In this document: in pieces, positions 52,706-64,000 of the stretch | How positions within the stretch are numbered: position 1 is the stretch's first letter | Layout of the letters: every line of letters begins with the position of its first letter | Assembly: GCA_964276515.1 (NCBI GenBank) | Contig: OZ193909.1 | Location: 12,648,001 to 12,712,000, forward strand | Length of the DNA: 64,000 nt | Source: Gordius albopunctatus | Taxonomy: Eukaryota | Reading direction: 5' to 3' | Program-made: the position numbers and the translations under genes | Notes under the pieces: generated by a model | Database searches by the model: none | What the model was told of the DNA's origin: nothing | Seen by the model: only the letters and a program-made list of their open reading frames with translations

Positions 52706-53043
52706 TCAGAAGGACATATTAAGTATAGTCTTTATATCGTTTAATATTTTGTGCTTTTCCTCAGATTGCTTTTCAGATTTAATCCAACTTTGAGGTGGTA
52801 ATGGTATAGTTTCAGGTTTAGGAGTCTGACAATATTTCGGGCTTACAAAAATTTTATTTTCTTCCTTGTTGCTTTTGGCTTTTTTACTGGGAGTTTTGTA
52901 CGTAGTTTGAGCTGATAAATTTTGAGCAGTATTGTTTATATTCTTTTTGCAGTCTGATTCAAATGGCATAGATGCGGAGGATATGTTTCCTAAATGATAT
53001 ATAAAAAAAATCATATAAGTTTGTTACGTTGGCTTGACATCAT
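52706..53043 (-). CDS. PNRC (proline-rich nuclear receptor coactivator)-like protein, 2 exons
   Basis: Exon 53043-53028, 38-nt GT-AG intron 53027-52990, exon 52989-52706. FVSPKYCQTPKPETIPLPPQSW resembles the PNRC motif YAGAKFSEPPSPSVLPKPPSHW, and C-terminal IKTILNM resembles LKTLLKV. Confidence 0.75.
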
Positions 53044-53451
53044 CTTTGTTTGTTTTGATTGTCTCAATTGAAAAGAGTTAACAATAGAAAACTGATTCCG
53101 TAAATTTAAATTTAATTTGAAAATTTTCTATAAATATACATATAATATAATTCAAAAATACAATTAAATGCAATACGACATTTTTTTATTATTAATCATT
53201 GTAGTTTTATTGGCTTTTGTGGTATAATTTAAAGGATGTTTTTAAGTAGTAAAAAAATACATTTATTTTTTTTATTGCCCTGGTGGTCATCTCATTTATA
53301 TTATTAATGTATAAGGTTATGGAAAGTCAATCATTGACAAAATTTGTTTGTTTATAATACTAGGTAAATTTTTAACAGTAAAACAAGTCATGAGCTACTA
53401 AATTTTTAACTTAAATTTACGCCAAGAATACTTATTTGCCTATGCTATAAT

Positions 53452-55420
53452 TAGTGTTGCGGAAAACCCGAGAAGAGACGAGACGAGAATTTGAAAAATT
53501 GATTCGAGATCGAGACGAGAATTTTTATCTAGAGACGAGACGAGATTTTATCAGAGAGATCTCGGCTTTAATTTATATTTTTAACTATTGAGACTTAAAT
53601 TAGCTAATTAAGAACTTTTATTTTATGAGATTTACATTTAAGGTATTAAATGCAAATTAATATGATTTTGAAACTTTTGATATTAAATTACTTACGCACC
53701 TAATTATCCGCTTTGCGCAAACTTCAAATTTTTAACATAATCTTATCCAATAGACAACATACTATTATTGCCCTTAGGGTATATAAACAATTAATTATGT
53801 ATTTATTACTTATTTGTATAGCTTTAGCTTTGTCCTTACTCTCGACCAGTTCCGCCACCTAGGCGCACCGCTGGGTGGGCCCATATCTTCCCAACGCTTC
53901 CTGGCCAAATTTTTTACTTTCAGAGAGTCTGTCAAACCTACCCTGCAGAAACTAACTCCACACCATGCATTTTTTGGCTAAAAATTTTCTGCTAACTCCG
54001 AAAATAAATCACGCCTTGCGTGCTTCACCTATCTTTGGCTGCCCAGAGCATTTAACTTTAATCCAACGAAACATTCAGTCTCTTTTTAGACCTGCTTAAA
54101 TATAAAGTTTACTCCAGTCCAATGACTCTAGGCATCCCTCCCTTCTAAGAGTGGGGAATTGGTATTCGATCTCCGCAACAGATAGCATTCGCGGGTTTTA
54201 TATCTTCGCGCATGAGTACCGGCCCCCTTATCTCTGCCATCACATCCCTCCCAGACCCGCACCTCCAGGAGGCTCTCCACAGGTGGGACGCGGGCAAGCT
54301 CGAGTCAGGCGAACGACCACTCGGTGTGACCCAAAAGTAATGGGATCTTCCCCTAATAGCACGTTCCGTAGCTTTTCTTTCTTCGAACGAACTATCTCAG
54401 GGAAAACTCCTTTTTAATTGGGCCTCTTCCAAGAGCGGTTACGAATGGCTCGAAGCTATCCCGAGCAGGAATTTGCGACTTCATATGTCTGGGGAGGTGT
54501 TACGCATAGCCATAGGCCTCCGTCTCGGATGCGACATACTATCCCCTTTCGTATGCGATATCTGCAAACAGCCGGTCCAACCCAATGGTCATCAACCCCT
54601 CTATTGCTAATACAGCAAAGGCCGCAACCCCAATCATCGACCAGTACCTTAGCAAGGCTGGCTACTCAAACACATTGGAGCCCGTCGGCCTTAGCACCAC
54701 CGATGGGAAAAGACCAGACGGGGTCACACTCATCCCATGGTCCCGTGGACTGAATCTCACTTGGGACTTCACCACGGTCGACATATTCGCCTCTTCCAAC
54801 TCCTCTCCCGACCTTAAAGTCAGTGCAGAGTATAGGAAGACAGCAAAATATTCTTCCCTCGCGGACACAATATTCATTCCAGTAGTGGCAACCACAATTG
54901 GAAATTTAGGCGTTGAAGCTCTCGCTCTCTTGAAACAAATTGGAAAAGTGATCTCCACCCTCTCTTTAGATTTGAAGGAGTACTTTTTTATCAGGCAAAA
55001 GATCACAATGATCCAACACGATTTCCATACACGGATCAATGCCATCCGTTTAGTTATAGCGTTTTTATATTTTTTTAGTGGTGTATGTAATTTTTTGTAT
55101 AAAATTTAATAAAGATTTATATATTTGCTTTATTATTTAATATAAAAATTTTAGACCTATAATAAGTTTATGCGCAACAAGTTCATGATCCAACTTAAAA
55201 TTAAGCAAGCTGCTCAAACATTTCAGAGTATCCAAGGATGAATCAAATAAGATAGGAAAGTGTAAATTGTCCCTTAGAGCAGTAAAAATGTCTGATAGCA
55301 ATACTTCAGGTCTTCAACGACATCTTAAACGTTACCATCATAAGGATTATTATAACCTTCACCCTAATCAAATTAATAAGGAATTAAACTGCCCAAAACT
55401 TGTTTTAAGCCAACTTAGAT
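53452..55420 (+). mobile_element. hAT left end (GAGAC family) with BED remnant, interrupted by a CRE-like fragment
   Basis: TAGTGTTGCGGAAAACCCGAGA...GAGACGAG matches the element end at 7219; KCKLS...SNTSGLQRHLKRYH at ~55260-55340. Confidence 0.65.
53835..55095 (+). mobile_element. 3' fragment of a CRE-like non-LTR retrotransposon (PD-(D/E)xK endonuclease)
   Basis: LRIAIGLRLG, then EPVGLSTTDGKRPDGVTLIPWSRG..LTWDFTTVD and AEYRKTAKY. GC-richer than flanks; frameshifted. Confidence 0.8.
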
Positions 55421-55907
55421 TTTAATTATTATTTAGGGAAGTGGCAAAATAATTATATTTTGAAATTTTTAACCTTAAGTTGTTATATATTTACAATTTT
55501 TTAGAATTAGGGAGACAACTGCCCCCCCCCCTCACTCGTACTAGCTACTCGTATGGAAAGAGGTTAAATAACCGAATTAATTTTTTTAATTTTTGCTATA
55601 TATTTTTTTATTTGGTTCTCAAAATATGACTATTTCTTCAGTCTTCAAAAGATCCATAATCTTATGATTGATTATACGTACAAATTTGAAAGTATATATA
55701 AATATAAAAACTTATCATTTAATAGATTATTTCTTATAGATTGAGAATATGGTGAATGTAATTAGTTGATTGTTAGTTACATATATAGAAAATCTTAAGC
55801 AAATATTACAGAGGGTCTTGTTTTTCTCGAATTTATAACGTACTACTTCTTTAACGCAAGGTTAATCACACCTTAAACTTTAATTAAAACTAATTTTTAT
55901 ATTATCA

Positions 55908-58722
55908 CTAGATGAACCCGGCAAACGTTGTTTTGCCATTTACCCGGGTGTATTAAATTATGTTGGTTCTTCTTCTTCTTCTTCTTTATCGTGTTGAAAA
56001 TCCCACAGACGTGGGGTACGTTTTCAGCAGCATCTTCCATCTGAGTCGTGTGAATGCCATACCAATTTCCATCTGTTTGACGTCCATATCCTTTTCGACC
56101 AGTCGTTTCCAGGTGGCACGTGGTCTGCCCCTTCCTCTTCTTCCAGTCACGTCCATCTCCAGCGTTCGGCGTGTGACATCGTCTTCGTCTCTTCGTAATA
56201 CATGGCCGTACCACCGCAGTCGATTTTCTCTTAAGAAGTCCTTCGTCGCTTGTATACCCATCTTTGTCATCAAGGATTCGTTCGTCATGCGATCCAGCTT
56301 GGTGTAGCCTAAGCTCCATCGCACCATTCTCATTTCCGTGACTTGCAAGAGTTTCTCCTCCGCGCTGGTTACAGCCATGTTTCGCTCCCGTAAAGCAAGA
56401 CCGGTCGCACGATGGTTTTGTACGCCTTGCTTTTCAACCAAATTGGTATCTTTTTGTCACACATGACACCGGAGATGCTGCGCCACTTGAGCCATGCTTT
56501 CTTGATCCGAGAATGGACTTCGGCGGTACATCCTCCCTCTTGATGTAATAGCGAGCCAAGATATGTGAACTTATCAACCTCCGTGTACCTTGGACCGTCA
56601 ATTTTGTGCATTTGCGGACTACCGCCCATCGTTTGCATGTAAACCGTTTTCTTCTCGCTGACCTTTAACCCGAATTCCGAGAAAGGTTCTGACCATTTTT
56701 TCGCCTGATGAAAAACCCCTTCTCTTGTTTCATCGCATAGGACAATATCGTCGGCATATAGCATAGTCCAAGGGGCTGGCTTGTGCAAGTCCTTTGTTAT
56801 TGTATCCATAATTAGATTAAACAAGAATGGGCTTAACGCTGATCCTTGATGTAGTCCGATCATTATTCGGAAGGGTTTCGTTACTCCTACGGTAGTCCTA
56901 ACAGATGCAACCGCGCCATTATACATTTCCTTGATAAGTCGAACATATCCTTCGGGTATATTTCTGGCTCTAATGGACCACCATATTAAGTCTCTCGGAA
57001 CCGTATCGTAGGCCTTTTCTAAATCGATGAAGACCATGTGTAATTTCTTTCTTATGTCGCCATATTTTTCCATCGTCTGCTTCAACGCAAAGATTGGGTC
57101 CATCGTTGATTTACCGGCCACAAATCCAAACTGATTGGGTTGTCCTTAAAGGAATCGCTAAGCACTATACCGACCCCGTTCTTCCGTGATGGGGAACCCG
57201 AATAGTATAGCTTGTAACCATCTCCTAGCTCCCTGGCTTTTTTTCCATGCCACCGTGTTTCTTGTAGACACGCTATGTGTATCCTTCGCCTTTTTAGCAT
57301 CTGCGCAACCTCGATGCTCTTCCCCGTCAGCGTGCCCAGATTCCAGCTAGCCACTCTTGTCCGTTCGACAACTAGGTTCCTTAACCGCCTTCGTTGTGAG
57401 TGAGGCGGTGACCCTTGTATACTTTTCACATTGCACGGGCGGATGATGCAATGCGCGTCGTTTGGGGAGGACGCCCTAGCATTCTGGTATAAGTTCGTAT
57501 TTGAAGCTGCCATGGTGTTTGGAGTTGCTTTTTACAGCCGGCTTCCGACCTGACGCCAACCCTCCACTTTTTCACACGGACTTGGGACCGTCGTTGCTAG
57601 TGTTTATTAAATTATGTTGGTTATTGAAGTAAAAATAAAGTTTGATAATTTTCAAACAAATAGTTAAAGAGGGTCCAAGGCCCAGGCCCACCCAAGAGAT
57701 AAAACCTGGCCCCATGCCCCCCCCCCCAAAGGGAAAAATCTTTGGCCCCCTGGCCCTTCAAGCAATTTTATATATTTTTTTGTAATTAAGAAACAATATC
57801 ATAATTATTTGTTTCTGAATAAAACTTTTAATTCTGAACTTAATAATGTCCGAAGAACTGAGATATATCAACATTTATTGGCACTTTGTTAATTGTATTT
57901 TCATTTTTCTCCTTATTTAATGCGCAAAAAATGACAAAATTAGATTTTTTAATTTATTTAGCCATGCAGGAGGGGACACGACCGTCCTATAATAATAATA
58001 ATTGACGTGAAAAATAAGCAAAAAAATGACTTTGATTCATGAGCGTACCCCTCCCCCCCCCTAATTTAAAAAAATAATTTTTCAATACAAAAACCCTTAC
58101 AAATTATGTTTTGCCCCCCCCCCCCTAATTAGCCAGGGAAGGGCAGAAAGGGCGGCTACCCCCTGCGAGTCTCAGGAAAAATTATGGAATTTAGTAGTCA
58201 AAGACCTTTTTTTTGCTCTCATGAAAATTTTTGGATAGTCGAGAAAATTTTTTTTTTGAAATCTGCCCCCCCCCCCCCCAATTAAAAACCTGCTTATTAT
58301 ACAATAATACCATTATTTTATTTTTCTAGTTAGCTGATTTATTTGAAATACAATTTTCTTTAATAAAATAATTAATTGAAGGATGGATAATTATAAAAAA
58401 TATGCTTCCATGATCGACCACGTGATAATAATTTTAATATTATTTAATTTAAATAGTTTGTTAAACCCCAATAATTTTGACCGTATACTGTAACATTTTT
58501 ATTATACTTTTAAATATCTAATGCGAGAAAACTTCAGCCTTGTATATATGACGTCATTATTGTATATGCTGCTATAAATTAAACTGGCCGGGAAATGTCC
58601 GATATTTTTGAAACTAAAAGGTATTTTAGGAATCTGAAAAAGCTATTTTACCCCTGGCCGTCTTGGGCATCTACGGCTAAACTTTCGCGCGAATCGGGCC
58701 GGTAGTTTCAGAATTTAGCTCT

Positions 58723-58764
<42 letters not shown>

Positions 58765-58786
58765 GACTTTACTTTATGTATATAGA
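55908..58786 (-). mobile_element. Non-autonomous Helitron (sister of 2944-4150) carrying an RTE insertion
   Basis: Same 3' hairpin plus CTAG, 5' TCTATATAC with a (TA)n/(TATG)n tract, A|T insertion site. Confidence 0.88.
55969..57604 (-). mobile_element. RTE LINE with both ends but most of the endonuclease deleted
   Basis: 18-bp TSD TATTAAATTATGTTGGTT (55951-55968 and 57605-57622), (AAG)n tail, RT motifs FIDLEKAYD, GLHQGSALSP, LYADD and TYLGS; deletion junction at ~57140. Confidence 0.95.
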
Positions 58787-59493
58787 TTAGGTCTTTGAAT
58801 ACGTAAATTTAATTTTTAAAAATGGTACACTTTGCGTATAATATAATGGTAGGCTTTAATGGGCTAAAGAGGAATTGAATAAATTCCAACGTTTAAAAGA
58901 TAATATTATACCACCGTTAAGACTTAAACATTAGGGGCATCTTTATTCACACCCTTATTTTTATTCAAGCTCGTTAAACAATTTGAATGTAAAATTATTA
59001 ATATGGAAATTTGAATCCTAAAAAACGTATAGACATTATTCATATCGCTATTTATTCTCTTATTACCAAATATATTTAAGGCTATATATTTCGCTTTAAA
59101 TATACTTATCATCCTCGTTATAATAAAACAGGAGGAGGGCATCAACAACATCTTTTGGCGATTGAGATTAATTATTATCAATTTTATCATGCTTAAATTA
59201 ATACAGATAAATGGAGAATGCGTTTATTTTCAATCGTCAGAAGGTGACAGGCTTACATACCTCCATTCGCTATTGCATCAGGAGGGAGTTTTCACTAAGA
59301 AAATCAACGCATAGTTGATATTACATATGGACAAATATGTTCGGTTTCATTTGCATTTTCAGGATTGAAGATAGAAGAAACTATCCATTAGATAGAAAAT
59401 CAGAAGAATATAAAATAACATGATATTTGGAGTTCCGTTCCCTTAACAAAACAAAATGATCTTAAACGCAGAAAATTACAATTTGCATTCTTA

Positions 59494-59755
59494 TTTACCG
59501 AACGAGGTAAACTATCTTTTATCTCCAGTACTTGCCGTAGATGGTATGTTAATTTTTGTATCATTTATGATATCTATATAAAGCGAGTATACTGCCTACT
59601 GACTTGCAGCACCTCTATACCTGTACTATTGTGACTTCCAGTACAATAGGCCCTCATACATATCTCTAATGATGTAGACTTTGAGTCGTCTTAACCTGAG
59701 TAAAGGTTAATAAAAAGCGACTGTTAGTCGGGGCGGTCTTATGTATGTGTATTAA
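59494..59755 (+). repeat. Unclassified interspersed repeat, copy 2
   Basis: Inverted homologue of 37975-38230. Confidence 0.8.
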
Positions 59756-61462
59756 AAGGCCAATAAGGTTGGATTGTTAGAATGAGTAGAGGGAATGAAA
59801 ATTGTATATTTCGGGCCACAGGGGCGCATTTTTAACAAGAAAATAAAAGGGTAAGTAAAATTGCAACAAAAAGGAAATAGAATATTGGCACTAAATAAAT
59901 CCTTTCAACACATCTTATCTATTAACATGTCATGAAACGATTAAAGAAGAGACAAGTGCGAAAAGTTAACTGTGTCTAAACAAGGGTGTAAAGACTAACT
60001 TAATTTTTTGCAAGTTTACAAAACTTATTTATATGTTTATATGAAAAAAATGATGAACTAAAGTTAGTCGCAGGTAAACGAGATTATAACCAACATTTTT
60101 AAGTCGTAGATAGAAGAGGATAGATTTGTTTAAATTTTTAAGCCTAAACCCGGTTCGGTCTAATTTTATAACTAATGCCTACCCGGGCCCGTTTGAGCCC
60201 TTTTACCTGTCGGCCCGGTAATGCCCGAAATATTAGAGCTACCGGCACTGCCCAGCCTAAAATGATGATTTTTAAATTTTTAGTGAAATTTTTCTTATTT
60301 AATTGTTAATATTGTAAATTTAATTCACGATCTTTTTTTGGACAAGAAACGATTAATAAAAATTATTGAATCAAAAAGCGACAAAATAATACACTAAAAT
60401 AAAATAAAACACACAATATAGAAAATCTCTTTACGCCCAATCGCCCGAATCCTGTTATAGTGCCCGCCAGAGCCCCTTTGAAAATAAAACTTTACGACAT
60501 TTGCCAGGTCGGGCCGGACTTTTCTGGTCTCTGGTAGAGAGCTTAATATGGTTTGCAAAGCCTGTTTCTGGAAGTAAGAAATTAATAATGCTTATATTCA
60601 ATTTTAAGGTAAAACCCTTAAACAATAGTCATTTTTGATTTGCATTACCCTAAATTTGTGACTTGTGCAACTAATGATGGAAGGGCCTATTTATATTCAC
60701 AACAATCTATATAAACCTTAGAAACATTCATCGTTGAGATACAAATTCATAAATATGGTCTAAATTTGTTTAAATCAATTTCAATTAAAGACTACCTTTT
60801 AGCCTCAATTCATTCTCCATTTTAAAAGTGCGCCCGTTATGTAAAGGCACAAATTTATCATGTTTAACGTTAGGTGTCATTATACATTTTTTTGATAATT
60901 TTGTAATAAGTCTTAAGAAAAGAATTTATAACATGATCCTTTTATCACTTTGTTAAATTATTTTTAGGATTAAATTAAACTTTAAACTCTATCTAAAAAA
61001 TATAGACTATGTGTGTTATATAAAAATTTAAAATAAAATCTAAATACTTTTAAATGTAAAAATCAATTTTTTTGGAAAAATAGTGTTTAAAAATTTTGTT
61101 ATAATAATAAGAAAAAATTATTTGTAACCTCGAAAAATATAATATCTTTAATACTGGCTATGTTAAATACTAAATTAGTGTCAAATTTTGTCCTAATTTT
61201 AACGCCTTTAACAAATTGGTAAAAGTATTTCAATGTTTCTAAAAAAAATACAAATCAAAGTTTCCATAGATTAAAAAAACACAAGTTTATTAATAATATA
61301 TCTAGATAAAGTTCATGTTATATAAATCATCCACATTTATGAAGTAGATTAAACAAGATTTATATGTTTGAAGTTCGAGAATGCGACATTCTTTCATATT
61401 TAAGTTCTTTGCGAAATAAATACTGCTACTAAAACAAACTATCAATTATAAAATTTATCAAA

Positions 61463-62375
61463 ATGTGGAAATTTTTTGAAAAATTATTTGGGAAGAAAAC
61501 GGAATATGTTGTAAAGCATCCTAAAAGTTACAAAGATTCCAAAGTCAAGGAACAATATATGACTTAACTTTTTCCAGCTAAGTTACCCCAGGAAAAATTC
61601 AATTCCGAGCAACTAGCCGTAATCTTATAATTTTTAATCTTTAATATCCTTGATTTCAGGCATTATTGCATAGAGTGGATAAACGTTGGTTTGACTTCTA
61701 AAAAGGAATGAAATCAGTATATAAATGGTGAATTGGCAATAAAGCATACTGAATTGTATTCTTATCTGATGCATTTTGATGATGTAAGATATTATTTACG
61801 GTATAAAAATATCATAGCTAACGGATTAGATTTCTCGTCATTTATATAGCCTTAAACGTAAAGGTAGAGCATCAGGATTATTGTACTTACTAGCTGTGAT
61901 TGAGGTATTAATCCTTCCAAATTATTTTATATATGTTATTTCGCTAGGAGCTTATGGAAAAGCGCAACTCTTATAATAGCGCGTATGCAATGATATTAGG
62001 TTTGCAAACCTTGGATCCCGATCTTATTGTAAAGCTGTAAAAGGTAAAATTATATAACAAATGTATATAAATTTTGAAAACAGAAATTACCTGATAAGTA
62101 CAAGACGTTTTTGTTGTCAATTATTAAATTTACCGAGGTAAATATAATGGTTGAACAAGTTGAGCACCGACCCTTAAGCATCCCTTTTATTGATATGTTT
62201 AATGCTAAATGGATAAAATTTAAAAGATTGAATACCTAATATATAAATTATATTTTTAGGATTGAAATTGGAGGATTTGCTGCTTATGAATAAGCTAAGA
62301 GATTGCAACGATTCATCTGATAAACGTGAAAGACTGTTTAAGATAGTATTGGAGAAGTTTGCCGTGAACGATTAG
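61463..62375 (+). pseudogene. Disrupted RasGEF (CDC25-like) domain gene with short introns
   Basis: Spliced translation FNSEQLA..., YSYLMHFDDLTD*ISRHL, RASGLLYLLAVIEELMEKRNSYNSAYAMILGL, L*KKLPDKYK and SIPFIDMF follows the CDC25-domain motif order. It has three stops, an apparent frameshift near 61660 and one non-GT donor. Confidence 0.6.
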
Positions 62376-62524
62376 AAAGATTCAACTTCATATCACTTAA
62401 TTATTTTAATCACGTCTACTCATCCTTGCTGATATGTATAATAAATTATTATTAATTTCCAATAAATTATTATAAAACAAAATGAAGTATATATTTTCAA
62501 TCGATAATATATAACCCGGGACAA

Positions 62525-62823
62525 AACACTACCTACTACGGTCCCAAGTCCGTGTGCAAAAAGTGGAGGGTTGGCGTCACGTCGTAAACCGGCTATAAAA
62601 ATCGACTCCAAAATTATGATATTTTCAAACAAGATTTCACAAGAAAAGACTAGGGCGTGCTCCACAAACGACGCGCACTGCATGCCCCGCCTGTGCAATG
62701 TGAAAAATACACTAGGGTTACTGCCTAACTCACAACGAAGGCAGTTAAGGAAACTAGTTGTGGAAAGATTACGAATTACGTGCTGGAATGTGGGAACGTT
62801 GACGGGGAAGAGCATCGAAGTTG
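62525..62823 (+). mobile_element. RTE LINE 5' fragment (diverged subfamily)
   Basis: CTACGGTCCCAAGTCCGTGTGCAAAAAGTGGAGGG 5' motif and WNVGTLTGKSIEV. Confidence 0.85.
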
Positions 62824-63087
62824 GTTGCAGGTGATAGGTCCCCATGTTAGATGGTTTGGTCTCTGTGATTCATTAAAGAAAACAGCCCCTAATTGTTTGT
62901 TAGCTCCTAGCAAGAACTCTAGCTCAGGTTGGGAAGCAATGATATGTAATATTGAGCTCCCGAGTAGTGCCGAAAATACGACATTAGTCATGAGACCATT
63001 TACGACGCTAAGCGTCGGTATGCCTTCGGGTGTGGCATCTGCGGGTGCGGCGTCTACAGACGCGTTATTTATTTCGGCGACCTGGGT

Positions 63088-64000
63088 ATGTGGCAATTAA
63101 ATTTTCGTAATTTAGTTAGGAGCTACGCTTCAGTTTTTGCTGAAGGTTTAGGTTGTTTAAAGGGCTATGAATATGAGGTGAGACTTAAACGTGGGGCCTA
63201 TCGCAAATTTTCTCCAAGTAGGCACATCCCGTTCATATGGCGGGACAAGGTGAATGCGGTTCTGCGTGACTGGACTGACCAGAGGATAGTCACGCCCATC
63301 GAATATAGTGAGTGGGAGACGCCTCTGATTCCAGTTAAAAAGATTGACGGGTCTCTACGGCTTTGTATTGATTTAGAGTCAGTGCTAAGGCGCACCCAGG
63401 AAAGAGCATTACGTTTAACTATGAAAAAATGCATGATTGGGGTGACTGAAGTTACATTCTTAGGGCATGTTATTGCATGTGTGAAGATTCGTCCTCTGGG
63501 TAGTATTGTGTGTGCGATTTTAAATATATGAGCCCCGATTAACAAGAAAGAGGTTTTAGTTTTCATGGGGTCTGTTAACTATTATCGCAAGTTTATACCA
63601 CATTGCTCGGGGGTAGCGGCCCCCTTGCATAGATTAACTAAAGATAACGTGCGTTTTGTTCTGTCCGATAGGGAACAATTAGCTTTCGAGAAGTTGAAAA
63701 ACTTGTTGGGAAGCGATCCAGTTCTGGTGTGTTTTAATCATGACCTGCCTGTAGGGTTGGCGGTTAACGCATCGAATAGCGGTATAGGTGGCATGCTCTT
63801 TCATGTTATTGAAGGAATAGAGCGGCCAATACTATTTTTTTCGCGTAAATTGACTGCGGCAGAGCTTAATTATTCGGTGATAGAAAAAGAGGCTTTAGCT
63901 CTAGTGTTTGCGTTAAATAAGTGTCGTGAATATCTTATTGGTTGTAAATTTAAAATCTTTACCTACCATAAACAACTGATTCCTCTTTTTGCGAAATGTA
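63088..64000 (+). mobile_element. Ty3/gypsy pol remnant with RT core deleted, running off the window
   Basis: SEWETPLIPVKKIDGSLRLCID, then directly LESVL..FLGHV, NYYRKFIP and ELNYSVIEKEALA; no YxDD. Confidence 0.9.

Noticed and set aside
10678..53043. Stop-codon reassignment, since all three intact genes end in TGA
   Set aside because: I found no in-frame TAA or TAG in the BTAF1, LACTB or PNRC-like exons I translated, Trp is encoded by TGG, and three genes are too few to be informative.

Overview
AT-rich eukaryotic genomic DNA, most likely from an invertebrate animal; the species cannot be determined from this window. Host genes: a 26-exon BTAF1/Mot1 SNF2 ATPase (+, 10678-31670), LACTB (+, ~46.3-51.7 kb), a small PNRC-like gene (-, 52.7-53.0 kb) and a disrupted RasGEF-domain gene (+, 61.5-62.4 kb). 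The rest is a dense, nested transposon landscape: Helitrons, Ty3/gypsy remnants, a 1.5-kb LTR element with both LTRs, RTE LINEs, two CRE-like endonuclease remnants, and hAT, piggyBac and Tc1/pogo non-autonomous elements with readable TSDs. The most notable observations are a GC-rich 55-codon ORF just downstream of the PNRC-like stop that could be an alternative last exon, a mini-LTR element retaining only an integrase, two internally deleted sister RTE copies, 31-43 nt introns next to kb-sized ones with an exon GC shift, and stop codons at apparent Trp positions in the RasGEF gene. All family calls come from motif recognition by eye; no database searches were run.
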